From positions 5,193-69,192 of the forward strand of contig JBAZBX010000002.1 of NCBI GenBank assembly GCA_041671305.1: 64,000 nt of DNA, given 5' to 3'. Position 1 is the first letter of the stretch. Each line of letters starts with the position of its first letter. This DNA is from Patescibacteria group bacterium. Lineage in GTDB: Bacteria > Patescibacteriota > Patescibacteriia > 2-01-FULL-39-33. Both the position numbers and the translations under genes were made by a program. Positions 35,399-45,691 of the stretch are shown here, one piece after another. The notes below the pieces were generated by a model. It did not search any database. It was not told the origin of the DNA and saw nothing but the letters and a program-made list of their open reading frames with translations.

Positions 35399-38300
35399 CT
35401 ATATCACAAAACTAATCAGCTTATTGGCGACAAAAATAGTTTTTTTGATTTCTGCGCCTTCAAGATATTTCTTCACATTATCATCTTCCTTGGCCAACTT
35501 TATGGCATCGGCTTCAGAGATGTCTACTGGCAATTTCAACTTGGCACGAACCTTGCCATTAATTTGGATAACTAACTCTATTTCCTCGTCTTTAATTTTA
35601 CTCTCATCATACTTCGGCCAAGCTTCTTTAAAAATACTTTCCTTGTGTCCTAACTTGTTCCACAGTTCCTCTGTCATATGCGGAGCAAACGGAGCAAGAA
35701 TTATTAAAAACTTTTCCACAAATTCTTTTGATACCACCTTTGATTCATTAATTAAAACCATCATGGCCGATATTGCCGTATTAAATCTCATATTTTCAAT
35801 ATCTTCGCCAACTTTTTTTATGGTTTTATGCAACAAAATTTCTAATTCTGGAGTTATTGTGCCGTCATTAGAAAAATTATTAACTAAATTCCAAACCTTT
35901 TCCAAAAATCGGCTTATTCCGATAATTCCTTTGGTATTCCAAGGTTTGGCGTCTTCCAAGGGACCCATAAACATTTCATACATTCTGAAAGCATCGGCAC
36001 CATTTTCCTTGACCTGATCATCAGGATTAATTACATTACCCTGAGACTTAGACATTTTCTCGCCGTTTTCAGCCAGAATCATGCCTTGATTGACCAACTT
36101 CGTAAACGGCTCTTCCTGCGGTACATAACCCAAATCATAGAGAACCATATTCCAAAATCTGCCATAGAGCAGATGAAGCACGGCATGCTCCGCACCGCCC
36201 ACATAGACATCAACCGGCATAAAGTATTTCAACTTTTCCAAGTCAGCAAAAACCTTGTCATTTTGAGGATCAATAAATCTCAGCCAATACCAAGATGAAC
36301 CCGCCCATTGAGGCATAGTGTTTGTCTCACGATGCGCTTCTCCTCCGCAAATCGGACATTTGGTCTTGACCCAATCTGTAATATTTACAAGTGGCGACTC
36401 ACCGGTGCCAGTCGGCTCATACTTGTCAACTTCTGGCAAAGTCAGCGGCAATTCATTTTCCGGTACGGGAATCCAGCCAGTGGTCTTGCAAGCCAAAACC
36501 TTTTTCAAAATTTCCGGCGCTTCAAAAACCGTGAAGTGCTTATGTCCATGCCATAATTCAAAATTCCAACCTTCCGGCAAATCCTTGTGCGTATCCGTAT
36601 GAATGTACGGATCATCATCAGAGAGAATAATATTTTTATTAATCGCTAATTGCGTCACTTTTTCCCAATCAATCGGTCTTCCTTCCCAGAATTCACGCAA
36701 AGATTTTACATCCGAACTGGGCGCGCCTTGTTCAAATAATTTCCATAGTTCATCGGACAGCTTGCCGATAGCCGAACCCACCAAAAATAAATGTCCAATT
36801 TTCTTTCCTGTTTTTTCAATTAGTCTCAGCGCCGCATTACTGCCCAGACTGTGGCCGATAATTATGTCATTTTCCCCCATTTTCTCCATATATGGTGTAA
36901 GCTCTTCCATCCACTTCTCAATTTTCGGACTGGCACTAGTAGTCATGGTCGGAGTAAACACTTCAAACCCGTTTTGTTCCAATTCTCTTTTCATCCAAGG
37001 AAACCAATTGCCATCTCCGGATCCTTCCCAGCCATGAATTATCAAAACTTTTTGTTTCTGTTTCTTGCAATTCTCGCAATAGACCAATGGAATCGGTTCA
37101 CCCCAATATCTTTGGCGAGAAAAAACCCAATCACGCAATTTATAATTCACCGCTTTATGACCGCATTTATTTTCTTCCAGCCAGGACGTCATTTTACCAA
37201 TCGCCTCACTTGGTCTCAAATCGTTGAGAAACTCCGAGTTGATCATTACTCCCGAATCAATATCTACAAAAGCTTTTTCACCATTTTGGAATATATCCCA
37301 GTACCACTTATGGTTTGGCAAATTTATAAAAGATTTCACTTCCGAAGAAGAAATCCAGTCGCCTTGATGATGTTCTGTATCTATTTTATCTGATCGCTTT
37401 TCATTTTTTAATTCCACCAAAAAACACAGAGAGTCTGCATATCTATTTACGCCCTTATGCTCTGCATAATGATTATTATGAATTTCGCCACCTATCTGTT
37501 TGATGGATTTTACATTTTGATATCCCGTTTCCTCCGTCATCTCCCTGACTGCTGCCTGCTCAGGAGTTTCATTAGCTTCTACCCCTCCCATTACGAATGA
37601 TTTCCAATCATGTTTCCCCCAATCAAGGCAATAGTATGAGTCATCAGCCCAGTGCTTGACCAAAACACACACCATTTTTCTCCTTATGGTTTCTTTGTCT
37701 AATTTAATTTTGTCTTTTTCCGTAACCGCAGTAAACAAAGGAGCCACCACTTGGATTATTGGCAAATCAAATTTATTAGCGAATTCCCAGTCTCTCTCAT
37801 CGTGGTATGGCACGGCCATGATTGCTCCAGTGCCATAAGAAGCCAGCACGTAATCAGAAATCCAAACCGGAATTTCTGTGCCGTTAACCGGATTAATGGC
37901 ACTAATTCCTTTCAATTCCACACCAGTCTTATCCTTGGCCAAATCAGTCCTTTCCAAATCAGTTTTATTTTTGGCTTGAGCAATATATTTTTCAACTTCC
38001 TTGATATTTTTAATTTTACCTTTCAACTCCTCAATCAGTTTATGCTCAGGAGAAATGACCATGTAAGTCGCTCCGAACAAAGTATCCGGGCGAGTTGTAT
38101 AAACACGAATTGTCATCCCGAGGAAGTCAGACCCAACTGACAACCGTGAGGATCCCGCGGGATTGCCACGCTTCGCCCTTGAAGGCTCGCTCGCAATGAC
38201 AGCAAAATCCACCTCCGCTCCTTCGCTCCGACCAATCCAATTCCTTTGTAAAGCTTTGATGGATTCCGTCCAATCCAAATTATCCAAACCACTAAGCAAC

Positions 38301-38908
38301 CTATCCGCATAAGCCGTGATGCGAAGCATCCATTGTCGCATATCCTTTTTAATCACTTCCGTACCGCAACGATCGCACTTGCCATCTTTGACCTCTTCAT
38401 TGGCTAATCCCGTTTTGCACGATGGACAAAAATTTATCGGCACTGTGGCTTCATAGGCCAAGCCTTTTTTGAATAATTGCAAAAAAATCCATTGCGTCCA
38501 TTTGTAATAATTAGGATCAGTAGTATTTATTTCCCTATTCCAATCATAGGAAAATCCCAAAGACATAATCTGTCTTTTGAAAGTTTTAATATTCTGTTCA
38601 GTTATAACTTTCGGTTGTGTTCCGGTTTTAATCGCATAATTTTCTGCCGGAAGTCCAAAGGCGTCCCAGCCCATGGGATGCAAAACATTAAATCCTTTCA
38701 AGCGAAAATACCTGGAATAAATATCCGTGGCCGTATATCCTTCGGGATGCCCGACATGAAGACCAGCCGCTGACGGATAAGGAAACATATCCAAAACATA
38801 CTTTTTGGGCTTACTGCCAAAGTCTTCAGCGCGGTTAATCTGACTCTTTTCCCATTGATCCTGCCATTTACCCTCACCATTATCTTTTAAAAAATCTTTA
38901 TATGTCAT
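35399..38908 (-). CDS. leuS: Leucyl-tRNA synthetase with two inserted enzymatic domains (NUDIX and alpha/beta hydrolase)
   Basis: HIGH region [14 protein letters not shown]. Editing-domain TTRPDT and [19 protein letters not shown] blocks. KMSKS ([10 protein letters not shown]). C-terminal anticodon-binding domain. At 1169 aa it is about 300 aa longer than typical bacterial LeuRS. Confidence 0.9.
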   Translation of the reverse strand: MTYKDFLKDNGEGKWQDQWEKSQINRAEDFGSKPKKYVLDMFPYPSAAGLHVGHPEGYTATDIYSRYFRLKGFNVLHPMGWDAFGLPAENYAIKTGTQPKVITEQNIKTFKRQIMSLGFSYDWNREINTTDPNYYKWTQWIFLQLFKKGLAYEATVPINFCPSCKTGLANEEVKDGKCDRCGTEVIKKDMRQWMLRITAYADRLLSGLDNLDWTESIKALQRNWIGRSEGAEVDFAVIASEPSRAKRGNPAGSSRLSVGSDFLGMTIRVYTTRPDTLFGATYMVISPEHKLIEELKGKIKNIKEVEKYIAQAKNKTDLERTDLAKDKTGVELKGISAINPVNGTEIPVWISDYVLASYGTGAIMAVPYHDERDWEFANKFDLPIIQVVAPLFTAVTEKDKIKLDKETIRRKMVCVLVKHWADDSYYCLDWGKHDWKSFVMGGVEANETPEQAAVREMTEETGYQNVKSIKQIGGEIHNNHYAEHKGVNRYADSLCFLVELKNEKRSDKIDTEHHQGDWISSSEVKSFINLPNHKWYWDIFQNGEKAFVDIDSGVMINSEFLNDLRPSEAIGKMTSWLEENKCGHKAVNYKLRDWVFSRQRYWGEPIPLVYCENCKKQKQKVLIIHGWEGSGDGNWFPWMKRELEQNGFEVFTPTMTTSASPKIEKWMEELTPYMEKMGENDIIIGHSLGSNAALRLIEKTGKKIGHLFLVGSAIGKLSDELWKLFEQGAPSSDVKSLREFWEGRPIDWEKVTQLAINKNIILSDDDPYIHTDTHKDLPEGWNFELWHGHKHFTVFEAPEILKKVLACKTTGWIPVPENELPLTLPEVDKYEPTGTGESPLVNITDWVKTKCPICGGEAHRETNTMPQWAGSSWYWLRFIDPQNDKVFADLEKLKYFMPVDVYVGGAEHAVLHLLYGRFWNMVLYDLGYVPQEEPFTKLVNQGMILAENGEKMSKSQGNVINPDDQVKENGADAFRMYEMFMGPLEDAKPWNTKGIIGISRFLEKVWNLVNNFSNDGTITPELEILLHKTIKKVGEDIENMRFNTAISAMMVLINESKVVSKEFVEKFLIILAPFAPHMTEELWNKLGHKESIFKEAWPKYDESKIKDEEIELVIQINGKVRAKLKLPVDISEADAIKLAKEDDNVKKYLEGAEIKKTIFVANKLISFVI
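36494..37060 (-). other. Alpha/beta serine-hydrolase domain (YdeN/RBBP9-like) inserted in LeuRS (approximately aa 617-805), between the CxxC halves of a zinc knuckle
   Basis: [19 protein letters not shown], nucleophile elbow [19 protein letters not shown] and a downstream His-containing block. The insertion is bracketed by YCENCKK upstream and KCPICGG downstream. Confidence 0.55.
37304..37696 (-). other. NUDIX hydrolase domain inserted in LeuRS (approximately aa 405-535), after the editing domain
   Basis: Perfect Nudix box [22 protein letters not shown] (Gx5Ex7REUxEExGU) within [12 protein letters not shown]...GDWISSSEV. It is flanked on both sides by canonical LeuRS sequence. Confidence 0.6.
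38108..38203. repeat. GC-rich palindromic mini-element, copy B, inserted in-frame within the leuS coding sequence
   Basis: Termini ttgtcatcccgagg...ctcgcaatgaca. The reverse complement gtcattgcgagcgagccttcaagggcgaagcgtggcaatccc matches gtcattccgaccgagctctcaagagcgagtggaggaatccc of copy A. It encodes the LeuRS segment [27 protein letters not shown], which E. coli LeuRS lacks at this position. Confidence 0.5.
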
Positions 38909-39183
38909 ATTTATTAATCTTATTTATTTCTCGTCTCGCCCGCATCGCTACGCGAAGCGTTGCGGGCAGGCCACTTCTTTTCTCCTCCATTTTGGAGAAA
39001 TTCTTTATAGGTTGCCATATAGAATAGTTCTTTTTTAATGTTGTTAATTTACCATATATCCCTTATTTATTCAACTTAGCCGACAAAACTTATCATTTTT
39101 TAATTATATCAATCTCCCATTTCTCCGCTGTTTTAATTAGCTTATTTTATTTATAATTTCATAAACCAGAAAACGGCCAAAGG

Positions 39184-39211
39184 TTGACAAATAACCTAAA
39201 AAGGCTACAAT
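39184..39211 (+). promoter_or_regulatory. Consensus sigma-70-type promoter (TTGACA-16 nt-TACAAT) for the GC-rich ORF at 39255
   Basis: ttgaca at 39184-39189, tacaat at 39206-39211, GGAGA Shine-Dalgarno 7 nt before the ATG at 39255. Confidence 0.4.
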
Positions 39212-39254
39212 ATCTCTCAGTACAAACCGTGGCTCAACCAGAAGGAGAAACACC

Positions 39255-39764
39255 ATGAGACTCTTGAATCGCATGCCCATAATGTTGGCGGTAATTGTGA
39301 TAGCTGGCATAGTGCTGATCGTCGTGCCACCACCTTTACTGATTTTTGCTTTGGTGTGGGTGGCGATTTCCGGCTTGGCAATCCTGTTCAAGGAAATCAA
39401 GTTGGCCATCGCTGAATTACTGCTTGATCAAGAGAAGCGTCTACTCTTGATGGCTCTCTACGAATTGGCCTATTACAGCCGACCAAGTAAAGGCGGGGAA
39501 GGCGAACACGACGAACACTACAAGTACTATCCCGATGATCTGTATTGGAAAAAAGCCTCTTCTCACTCCGATTGCTACTCAGCAATCAACGAATCAATGA
39601 TGGGTACTCCCAACGACATCTACCAGGGAGTCATAACCGCCTTAACGGTAGAAGGCCTGCATCCCTATGATGCAAACAAGTTAGTCAAGCGGCTTATTGA
39701 TAAATGCTTGGCTGAAAAAGTCCCACGGTGGCGCATCAATCTGGTGGCTAAACCTGTTGAATAA
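39255..39764 (+). CDS. Hypothetical membrane protein (two N-terminal TM helices) within a GC-rich island
   Basis: 169 aa. MPIMLAVIVIAGIVLIVVPPPLLIFALVWVAISGLAILF. Local GC content about 48% versus about 36% in the flanks. Own consensus promoter and terminator. Confidence 0.4.
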   Translation: MRLLNRMPIMLAVIVIAGIVLIVVPPPLLIFALVWVAISGLAILFKEIKLAIAELLLDQEKRLLLMALYELAYYSRPSKGGEGEHDEHYKYYPDDLYWKKASSHSDCYSAINESMMGTPNDIYQGVITALTVEGLHPYDANKLVKRLIDKCLAEKVPRWRINLVAKPVE

Positions 39765-39806
39765 AAACGCCACCACGATGTGTTGATCCAGCGAACCCAA
39801 AACAAT

Positions 39807-39835
39807 AAGCGCGACCCTGGAGGAATCGCGCTTTT
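39807..39835. terminator. Bidirectional rho-independent terminator between convergent genes (39255-39764 and uvrA)
   Basis: aagcgcgaccctggaggaatcgcgctttt has a 7-bp GC stem flanked by A/T runs on both strands. Confidence 0.5.
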
Positions 39836-39847
39836 CAATTTGCATTT

Positions 39848-42727
39848 TTAATTTAATAATTTCTTCAAATACTGACCTGTATAACTCTCTTTGACTTTGA
39901 CAATATCCAAAGGCGTTCCCTCAGCCACCAAATATCCACCCTTGGTTCCACCTTCCGGACCCAAATCAATCACCCAATCAGCTGATTTTACCACGTCCAA
40001 ATTATGCTCAATAATTAAAACTGAATTTTCCTTGTCCACGAGACGATTAAGCACCTGAAGCAACCTACTGACGTCATCAAAGTGCAATCCGGTGGTAGGT
40101 TCGTCAAGAATATACAGAGTCTTTCCGGTCGGCCTGCGGGATAATTCAGTGGCCAGCTTCACTCTCTGCGCCTCGCCGCCGGAGAGCGTAGTCGCGCTCT
40201 GGCCGAGCCGAAGATACCCGAGCCCGACTTCTTCCAAAATATTTAATTTATCTATAATCTGATTTTTATCTTCAAAAAATCTCTTGGCTTCAGACACGGT
40301 CATATTCAAAACATCAGCAATATTTTTATTTTTGTAAAATATTTCCAAAGCTTCACGATTATATCTCTGTCCGTGGCATTCTTCACATTCCACATAAACA
40401 TCCGGCAAAAATTGCATCTCAATCTTTACCATGCCATCTCCCCCGCAGGTCTCGCATCTGCCTCCGCCCTTAACATTAAAACTGAAATGACCCTGCTTGA
40501 AACCGCGCATCTTGCTTTCCGGCAACGAGGCATACAAATCTCTGATATAAGTAAAGACGCCAGTATAGGTTGCGGGATTGGATCTGGGAGTTCGTCCAAT
40601 GGGAGACTGATCTATGTCAATAACCTTATCCAAATTATCCAATCCTCTAATTTCTTTGTGTTTGCCCGGAAGATCTTTGGTGCGATAAAACTTGGCAGAC
40701 AAAGCCTTGGCCAAAATCTCCGTCATGAGTGTTGATTTTCCAGAACCGGAAACTCCGGTGATGACTACCAGCTTGCCCAAAGGAATTTTGACATCAATAT
40801 TTTTTAAATTGAATTCACTGGCGCCGATTATTTCAATAAATTTGCCATTGCCTTTGCGAAACTGCGACGGCGTATAAATCTTTTTCCTGCCGGAAAGATA
40901 TTGTCCGGTTATAGATTTTTTATCTTTCAAAATTTGATTATAAGTTCCTTCAAAAATAATTTCACCGCCTAGCACTCCTGCGCCCGGACCGATATCAATT
41001 AGATAATCAGAATCCTTCATCATCTGTTCATCATGTTCTACCACGATTACGCTATTTCCCTTGTCGCGAAGTTTTTTTAGAGTTTCAATCAGCCTGGAAG
41101 TATCCCGACCATGAAGTCCGATTGAGGGTTCGTCCAAAACGTAAGTGACTGACTCTAGTCCTGATCCGATTTGTACGGCCAGTCTGATTCTTTGCGCTTC
41201 CCCTCCCGCCAAAGTGTTGGCACTTCTAGAAAGAGTAAGATAATTAAGTCCCACATTCTGTAAAAAAGTCATCTTCTTAATAATTTCCTTGATTACCGCT
41301 TTGGCAATTTTGGCTTCTCTGGAATTAACCGGCCATTTCTTGCTTAGATTATCAAAAAATTTATAAGCTTCATCAATATCCAAATTAGAAAGCTCGGCAA
41401 TATTTAATCCGTCTATGGTCACAGCCAAGGATTCCGGCCTGAGTCTTGTGCCTTTGCAAACCGGACAAGTGGAAATCCTCATATAATCTTCCAAAGTCTT
41501 CTGAAGATATTCCGATTTGGATTCAATATATTTATCATCAAGAAATTTAACTAATCCCTCAAATATTATTTTCCTGCTTGCCTCGCCGAAGCCTTTTGGC
41601 GAAGGCTGGCCATCAATTTCATATTCTTTCCCTCCCGTCCCATGGAAAATAATATCCAATGCGGTTTGAGGCAATTCATTGACGGGCACGCTCAAGGAAA
41701 AATTATTTGCTTCAGCAACTTGCTCCAATAATTTGAAATTAGAACTCTGTGAAGCAAAATTCCTGGCCCAAGGCTTTATAGCTCCCTCAGCCAAAGTCAA
41801 TCTTCTGTTGGGAATAATCAATCCCGGATCAGGCACCAGCTTGATACCCAAACCCCGGCATGAAGGGCAAGCGCCGAACGGAGAATTAAAAGAAAAACTG
41901 CGAGGCTCTATTTCCTGGAGGCTTATCCCGCAATTGTGACAAACATAATACAGATTAAAATTAATATTTTTATCTTCATTGGGAAGAAATACATTAGCGA
42001 AGCCATTACCCAAATCCAATGCCGTGTTTACAGCCTTGGCCAATCTCTGCCAATTCAAATCCAACTTGCTTTGCGACTTTACCTCAGCGCTTATTGCTAC
42101 CGAGTCAATGAGTATTTCAATGGTGTGAGTAGCATCCTTATTCAAATTAATTTTTTTTACTTCTTCAGTAGAATAAAAATTTCCATCAATACGCAAAATC
42201 TCATAACTGCTCTTGATAACTCCCTCCAGCTGTTTATTGTGGCTTCCTTTTTTATTCAAAACAATAGGGGCCAAGATTTGCGCTCTTGATCCCTGTGGAA
42301 GCTTAGATAATTGATCCAAAACCTGATTCGGAGTTTGCTTGGATATTTCTCGTCCGCATTTCGGGCAATGCACCACGCCCACTCTGGCATACATCAAACG
42401 CAAATAATCGTATATTTCCGTGATAGTTCCAACAGTTGATCTGGGATTGACGGAAGATGATTTCTGATCAATGGCAATAGTCGGAGTGAGTCCTTCTATA
42501 CTATCTACATCTGGTTTATCCATCAAATCCAAAAATTGTTTGGCATAAGAAGAAAGACTCTCCGCATAGCGCCTCTGCCCTTCAGCGTAAATAGTATCAA
42601 ACGCTAGCGATGACTTGCCAGAACCGGAAAGTCCGGTGATGACAACGAGTTTTTCTTTGGGAATATCAAGATCAATTCCCTTGAGATTGTTGACTCGCGC
42701 GCCTTTGATGGAAATTTTATCCAGCAT
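39848..42727 (-). CDS. uvrA: Excinuclease ABC subunit A
   Basis: Tandem ABC ATPase modules ([33 protein letters not shown]). Zinc-finger CxxC pairs. 959 aa. Confidence 0.95.
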   Translation of the reverse strand: MLDKISIKGARVNNLKGIDLDIPKEKLVVITGLSGSGKSSLAFDTIYAEGQRRYAESLSSYAKQFLDLMDKPDVDSIEGLTPTIAIDQKSSSVNPRSTVGTITEIYDYLRLMYARVGVVHCPKCGREISKQTPNQVLDQLSKLPQGSRAQILAPIVLNKKGSHNKQLEGVIKSSYEILRIDGNFYSTEEVKKINLNKDATHTIEILIDSVAISAEVKSQSKLDLNWQRLAKAVNTALDLGNGFANVFLPNEDKNINFNLYYVCHNCGISLQEIEPRSFSFNSPFGACPSCRGLGIKLVPDPGLIIPNRRLTLAEGAIKPWARNFASQSSNFKLLEQVAEANNFSLSVPVNELPQTALDIIFHGTGGKEYEIDGQPSPKGFGEASRKIIFEGLVKFLDDKYIESKSEYLQKTLEDYMRISTCPVCKGTRLRPESLAVTIDGLNIAELSNLDIDEAYKFFDNLSKKWPVNSREAKIAKAVIKEIIKKMTFLQNVGLNYLTLSRSANTLAGGEAQRIRLAVQIGSGLESVTYVLDEPSIGLHGRDTSRLIETLKKLRDKGNSVIVVEHDEQMMKDSDYLIDIGPGAGVLGGEIIFEGTYNQILKDKKSITGQYLSGRKKIYTPSQFRKGNGKFIEIIGASEFNLKNIDVKIPLGKLVVITGVSGSGKSTLMTEILAKALSAKFYRTKDLPGKHKEIRGLDNLDKVIDIDQSPIGRTPRSNPATYTGVFTYIRDLYASLPESKMRGFKQGHFSFNVKGGGRCETCGGDGMVKIEMQFLPDVYVECEECHGQRYNREALEIFYKNKNIADVLNMTVSEAKRFFEDKNQIIDKLNILEEVGLGYLRLGQSATTLSGGEAQRVKLATELSRRPTGKTLYILDEPTTGLHFDDVSRLLQVLNRLVDKENSVLIIEHNLDVVKSADWVIDLGPEGGTKGGYLVAEGTPLDIVKVKESYTGQYLKKLLN

Positions 42728-42890
42728 GTAATATGGATGATTATTAAACCATATGGAAGAATCGGTAAATTAACGTCCATTATAAACTAAAATTACTTCC
42801 TTGTCAAAAGGTTTCCCGCTTTCTGGCATCAAAACTCCCAGAAAAATAAAAAACACCCCATTAATTGGGGCGTTTTTGCATAAAATTAAA

Positions 42891-43277
42891 CTAAACGGTT
42901 GTTCCAGCAACTCCCTTAGGATTGGGTCCATATTTGTTATCACCTGACTGGCTATCGGTCACCATAAATACAAGAAGAACAATAGCGCCGATTATAGGAA
43001 TAAGAGAAATAAAAAGCCACCAACCAGTACGGCCAGTGTCATGAAGTCTTCTTATAGCGACTGCCAAAGATGGCAAAAGAACTGCCAAAGAATAAAGTCC
43101 GCTTAGTATTCCCATATTAAAATTTGAGGTACTGCTATAAGTACCAATAAACATATCAATGATAGATAATACAATCATAATAATCATATTGAACAAAACA
43201 AAATACCAATACTCACTACGAGTAGCACGTCCACTAAATACCACGTACTTCTTCAGTACTTCAACATAATAATTCAT
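42891..43277 (-). CDS. DUF805-family inner membrane protein
   Basis: FSGRATRSEYWYFVLFNMII signature of DUF805 (YhaH-like). Three or four TM helices. 128 aa. Confidence 0.6.
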   Translation of the reverse strand: MNYYVEVLKKYVVFSGRATRSEYWYFVLFNMIIMIVLSIIDMFIGTYSSTSNFNMGILSGLYSLAVLLPSLAVAIRRLHDTGRTGWWLFISLIPIIGAIVLLVFMVTDSQSGDNKYGPNPKGVAGTTV

Positions 43278-43357
43278 AATTTTATTTTTAAATTATTTTT
43301 ATTTGAGAAAACTATTTTTCGACCTACAAAGAATTAAATTCTTCGTTAAATAGTTAT

Positions 43358-44260
43358 TTACATTAAACCGTATTTAGCAATATTATCATCAGCTATTTTC
43401 TGAATCTTGGCAATTTCCGTTTTGCCACCATCATCCTTAAATAAATGTTTGAATCTTTTTTGCGGTTTCAAAAATTCTTCAACTGGAATCTTCTTGGTTA
43501 TCTTCTGAGTCTTTTCTAATTTGCCGTTGATGTATTCCACGATTGGATAAAATCCAGATTGGACTGCGGACTTCGCTACATCCATAGTATCTTTCGGCTC
43601 TATTCCCCAGCCTGGCACGCATGGACAATAAATTTGTAAATATTTTGAACCCTTGATTGATAACGCCTTTTTTACTTTCGCAACCACATCCAAAGTATTG
43701 CCCACGCTAGCAGTAGCGACATAAGGCAAATGATGAGCCAAAGCAATGCCAATCATATCTTTTTTGAGTTGCTGGCTGCCCAAAGATTTTTTTCCGGGAG
43801 GCGTGGTGGTTGTATTGGCATCAAGAGGCGTGGAACCGCTGGATTGGTATCCCGTATTCTGATAAGCTTCATTGTCATAGCAGACATAGAGGGTGTTTTC
43901 TCCTCTCTCCCACATACCTGAGATAAGACCGATACCTATATCAAAAGTCGCTCCATCTCCGCCCACAACCAAAATATTGATTTTGTCTTCCAATCCCTTG
44001 GACTTGAGCGCGGCCAAAATTCCCGAAGCAATTGAAGCCGGATTTTCAAACAAAGAATGAATCCAAGGCATTTTGAAAGCCGTCATGGGGTATTGAGTCG
44101 TCGTTACTTCACTGCATCCTGTGGCGTTGGCAACAATCGTATTGGGTCCTGCCGTATCCATCACCAATCTGGAAGCAATAATCATGCCACAACCAGCACA
44201 AGCGCTATGACCTGGATTTATCTGATGTGATGTCGGAGCTTTGTATTTTTTATTTTCCAT
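43358..44260 (-). CDS. porB: Pyruvate/2-oxoacid:ferredoxin oxidoreductase, beta (TPP-binding) subunit
   Basis: Cys cluster CAGCG...GCSEV. TPP motif GGDGATFDIGI. Last gene of a gamma-delta-alpha-beta operon. Confidence 0.8.
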   Translation of the reverse strand: MENKKYKAPTSHQINPGHSACAGCGMIIASRLVMDTAGPNTIVANATGCSEVTTTQYPMTAFKMPWIHSLFENPASIASGILAALKSKGLEDKINILVVGGDGATFDIGIGLISGMWERGENTLYVCYDNEAYQNTGYQSSGSTPLDANTTTTPPGKKSLGSQQLKKDMIGIALAHHLPYVATASVGNTLDVVAKVKKALSIKGSKYLQIYCPCVPGWGIEPKDTMDVAKSAVQSGFYPIVEYINGKLEKTQKITKKIPVEEFLKPQKRFKHLFKDDGGKTEIAKIQKIADDNIAKYGLM

Positions 44261-44264
44261 ATAT

Positions 44265-45392
44265 TTATTTACCTACAAAAATTACTTTTTCTTTTGTTTT
44301 CTTTACGCTTTCATAGACCTTTTTGATCATCTCCTTGGTAATATCCCTTCCTCCCAAGCCCAAGATGTAACTGACAATATTTTTTTTCTCTCCGTTTAAG
44401 GCTCTCTTTATTTCTGTGGCGATAGTTCCTTCAGTGCCAAGGGAAATAGACTTGTCTATCACCGCAATATTTTTTGCTTTAGTGAGAGCTTTGGCTATTT
44501 CTTCATCCGGAAACGGTCTGAAAGAAACGATTTTCAAAACTCCAATTTTTTCTTCTACTAATTCATCCACTGCCTCTTTTATAGTGCCCAGCACTGAACC
44601 AATAGCCACAATGACGGTTTCCGCGTTTTCATCGCCATAATATTCAATCAAATTTAAATTCCGGCCAAAAATTTTCTGGAATTCTTTCATTTCTTTGGCA
44701 ATAACTTTTTTGCTGGCGACAATATCATCATGTAATTCCTGCCTTATTTCCATATAATGCGCTGGCGTGGCAAAAGCGCCGAAAGTCAACGGATTATCTA
44801 CATCCAAAAATTCTGTCGGATTATACTCCGGCAAATATTTTTTTACCATGTCTAATTCCGGAACATCAACCGGCTCTACCACATGGGTAAGCACGAACCC
44901 GTCCAGATTTACCATCACAGGAATAAGTAATTGTTCTGCCACTTTATAAGCCAAGACGTGTAGATCACAAACCTCTTGGACAGTCTCGCCAAAAAGCATA
45001 ATCCAACCGGCATCGCGAGTCACCATTACGTCTTGCTGATCATTCCAAATGTTAATCGGAGCGGATATAGCGCGATTGGCGTCAGTCATGACCACGGGCA
45101 ATCTCATGCCGGCAATATTAAATAGCACTTCAAACATCAACAAAAGTCCTTGCGATGAAGTGGCCGTATAAGTACGAACTCCGGTGGCTGAAGCGCCTTC
45201 CACAATGGAAGCGGCGGCAAATTCGCTCTCAGCTCGAACATATTCAAAATCCGCGTCACCGTTGGCCTTCAACTTTGCCAATTCTTCCACAATATGAGTT
45301 TGCGGAGTAATGGGATAAGCAGAGACCACCTTGGGACCAATGGCTTGAATTGTCTCGGCAATCGCTCTACTGCCTTCTAATATTTTTTTCAT
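44265..45392 (-). CDS. porA: Pyruvate/2-oxoacid:ferredoxin oxidoreductase, alpha subunit
   Basis: 375 aa with the PFOR domain I fold. It lies between the delta and beta subunit genes. Confidence 0.8.
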   Translation of the reverse strand: MKKILEGSRAIAETIQAIGPKVVSAYPITPQTHIVEELAKLKANGDADFEYVRAESEFAAASIVEGASATGVRTYTATSSQGLLLMFEVLFNIAGMRLPVVMTDANRAISAPINIWNDQQDVMVTRDAGWIMLFGETVQEVCDLHVLAYKVAEQLLIPVMVNLDGFVLTHVVEPVDVPELDMVKKYLPEYNPTEFLDVDNPLTFGAFATPAHYMEIRQELHDDIVASKKVIAKEMKEFQKIFGRNLNLIEYYGDENAETVIVAIGSVLGTIKEAVDELVEEKIGVLKIVSFRPFPDEEIAKALTKAKNIAVIDKSISLGTEGTIATEIKRALNGEKKNIVSYILGLGGRDITKEMIKKVYESVKKTKEKVIFVGK

Positions 45393-45401
45393 ATTTTGAT
45401 T

Positions 45402-45677
45402 TTATTTTTTCTCTTCTTTCATTTCAATCGCCTTAACCGGACATTCTTTGGCGCACAGTCCGCAACCCTTGCACCAATCCAAGTCACAAGCATAAAAATT
45501 CTTGCCGACTGAATTCTTCTCACCAGTCGGAAAACAAATTCCTTCGGGACAGACTCTTTCGCAATTTCCACACCCAATGCATTTCTCATAATTAATAACT
45601 GAATAGACCAGCTCACGCCAATTACCGGTTTTCACCTGCGAAGAACTTCCCGGTTTGGCTGTTAGAGATATTTTCAT
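45402..45677 (-). CDS. porD: Pyruvate:ferredoxin oxidoreductase delta subunit (2x[4Fe-4S] ferredoxin)
   Basis: Two CxxCxxCxxxCP motifs (CIGCGNCERVCP, CKGCGLCAKECP). 91 aa. Confidence 0.8.
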   Translation of the reverse strand: MKISLTAKPGSSSQVKTGNWRELVYSVINYEKCIGCGNCERVCPEGICFPTGEKNSVGKNFYACDLDWCKGCGLCAKECPVKAIEMKEEKK

Positions 45678-45691
45678 ATTGAATTTCTAAA

